Shown here: positions 63,901 through 64,000 of the stretch, in pieces | Position numbering within the stretch: position 1 is the first letter of the stretch | Layout: every line of letters starts with the position of its first letter | IMG/VR virus record: IMGVR_UViG_3300021843_000436 | Direction: 5' to 3' (one strand) | Length of the DNA stretch: 64,000 nucleotides | Source of the DNA: an uncultured virus (IMG/VR IMGVR_UViG_3300021843_000436) | Taxonomy: Duplodnaviria > Heunggongvirae > Uroviricota > Caudoviricetes | Program-made: the position numbers and the translations under genes | The notes under the pieces: model-generated | Databases searched by the model: none | What the model was told of the DNA's origin: nothing | The model's input: the letters and a program-made list of their open reading frames with translations, nothing else

Positions 63901-64000
63901 ACAGGGAATTATGGAATGTTATTTTAACAAATAGGGACATGATAAGGGTTAAATATGAGAATAGTAGGTCTTAAAGTGTCTGCTGGCAAAATGGCCTCCA

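Larger units (their letters stand above)
1..64000. mobile_element. Temperate myovirus-type virus/provirus, probably of a methanogenic archaeon (ends not visible in window)
   Basis: Integrase, terminase, portal, HK97-type capsid module, sheath/tube/tape measure/baseplate J and replication genes occur in one continuous, compositionally uniform (CG-poor) block. No host housekeeping genes or att sites were seen. Confidence 0.93.

Noticed and set aside
1..64000. tRNA genes, rRNA or attL/attR sites
   Set aside because: None recognised by eye; the element boundaries appear to lie outside the window.
1..64000. Specific avoidance of TCGA as proof of TaqI-type self-protection
   Set aside because: TCGA is among the commoner surviving CG contexts, so the depletion is not specific to that site.

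Overview
The whole window reads as a large part of one temperate, contractile-tailed (myovirus-type) Caudoviricetes virus or provirus. The host is most likely an archaeon. TATA-box promoters, AGA/AGG arginine codons, GGAGG/GAGGTG ribosome-binding sites, a methanogen-type ThyA and an Hjc-like resolvase point to a methanogen, plausibly Methanothrix-like (inference). Gene order: tyrosine integrase; early genes; Prim-Pol/SF3 primase-helicase; terminase, portal, MuF, protease, capsid; fibre, neck, sheath, tube, tape measure and baseplate genes; thyA and resolvase; a minus-strand replication block (ligase, glutaredoxin, tmk, UDG-fused family C DNA polymerase, SSB-like protein); a Cas4-like nuclease; an AT-rich two-gene island; a SNF2 ATPase and a histone-fold fusion. 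The most notable signals are: near-total loss of the CG dinucleotide in the viral core; a UDG-PHP-PolC fusion; a histone-fold domain fused to a prohead-protease-like domain next to a SNF2 ATPase; two palindromic origin-like elements 49.4 kb apart; a seven-copy CCATA-N5-TATGG operator; and a DUF4258/zinc-finger/Panacea-like gene coupled to a TGT-fold gene. All family calls are from motifs recognised by eye; no database search was run.
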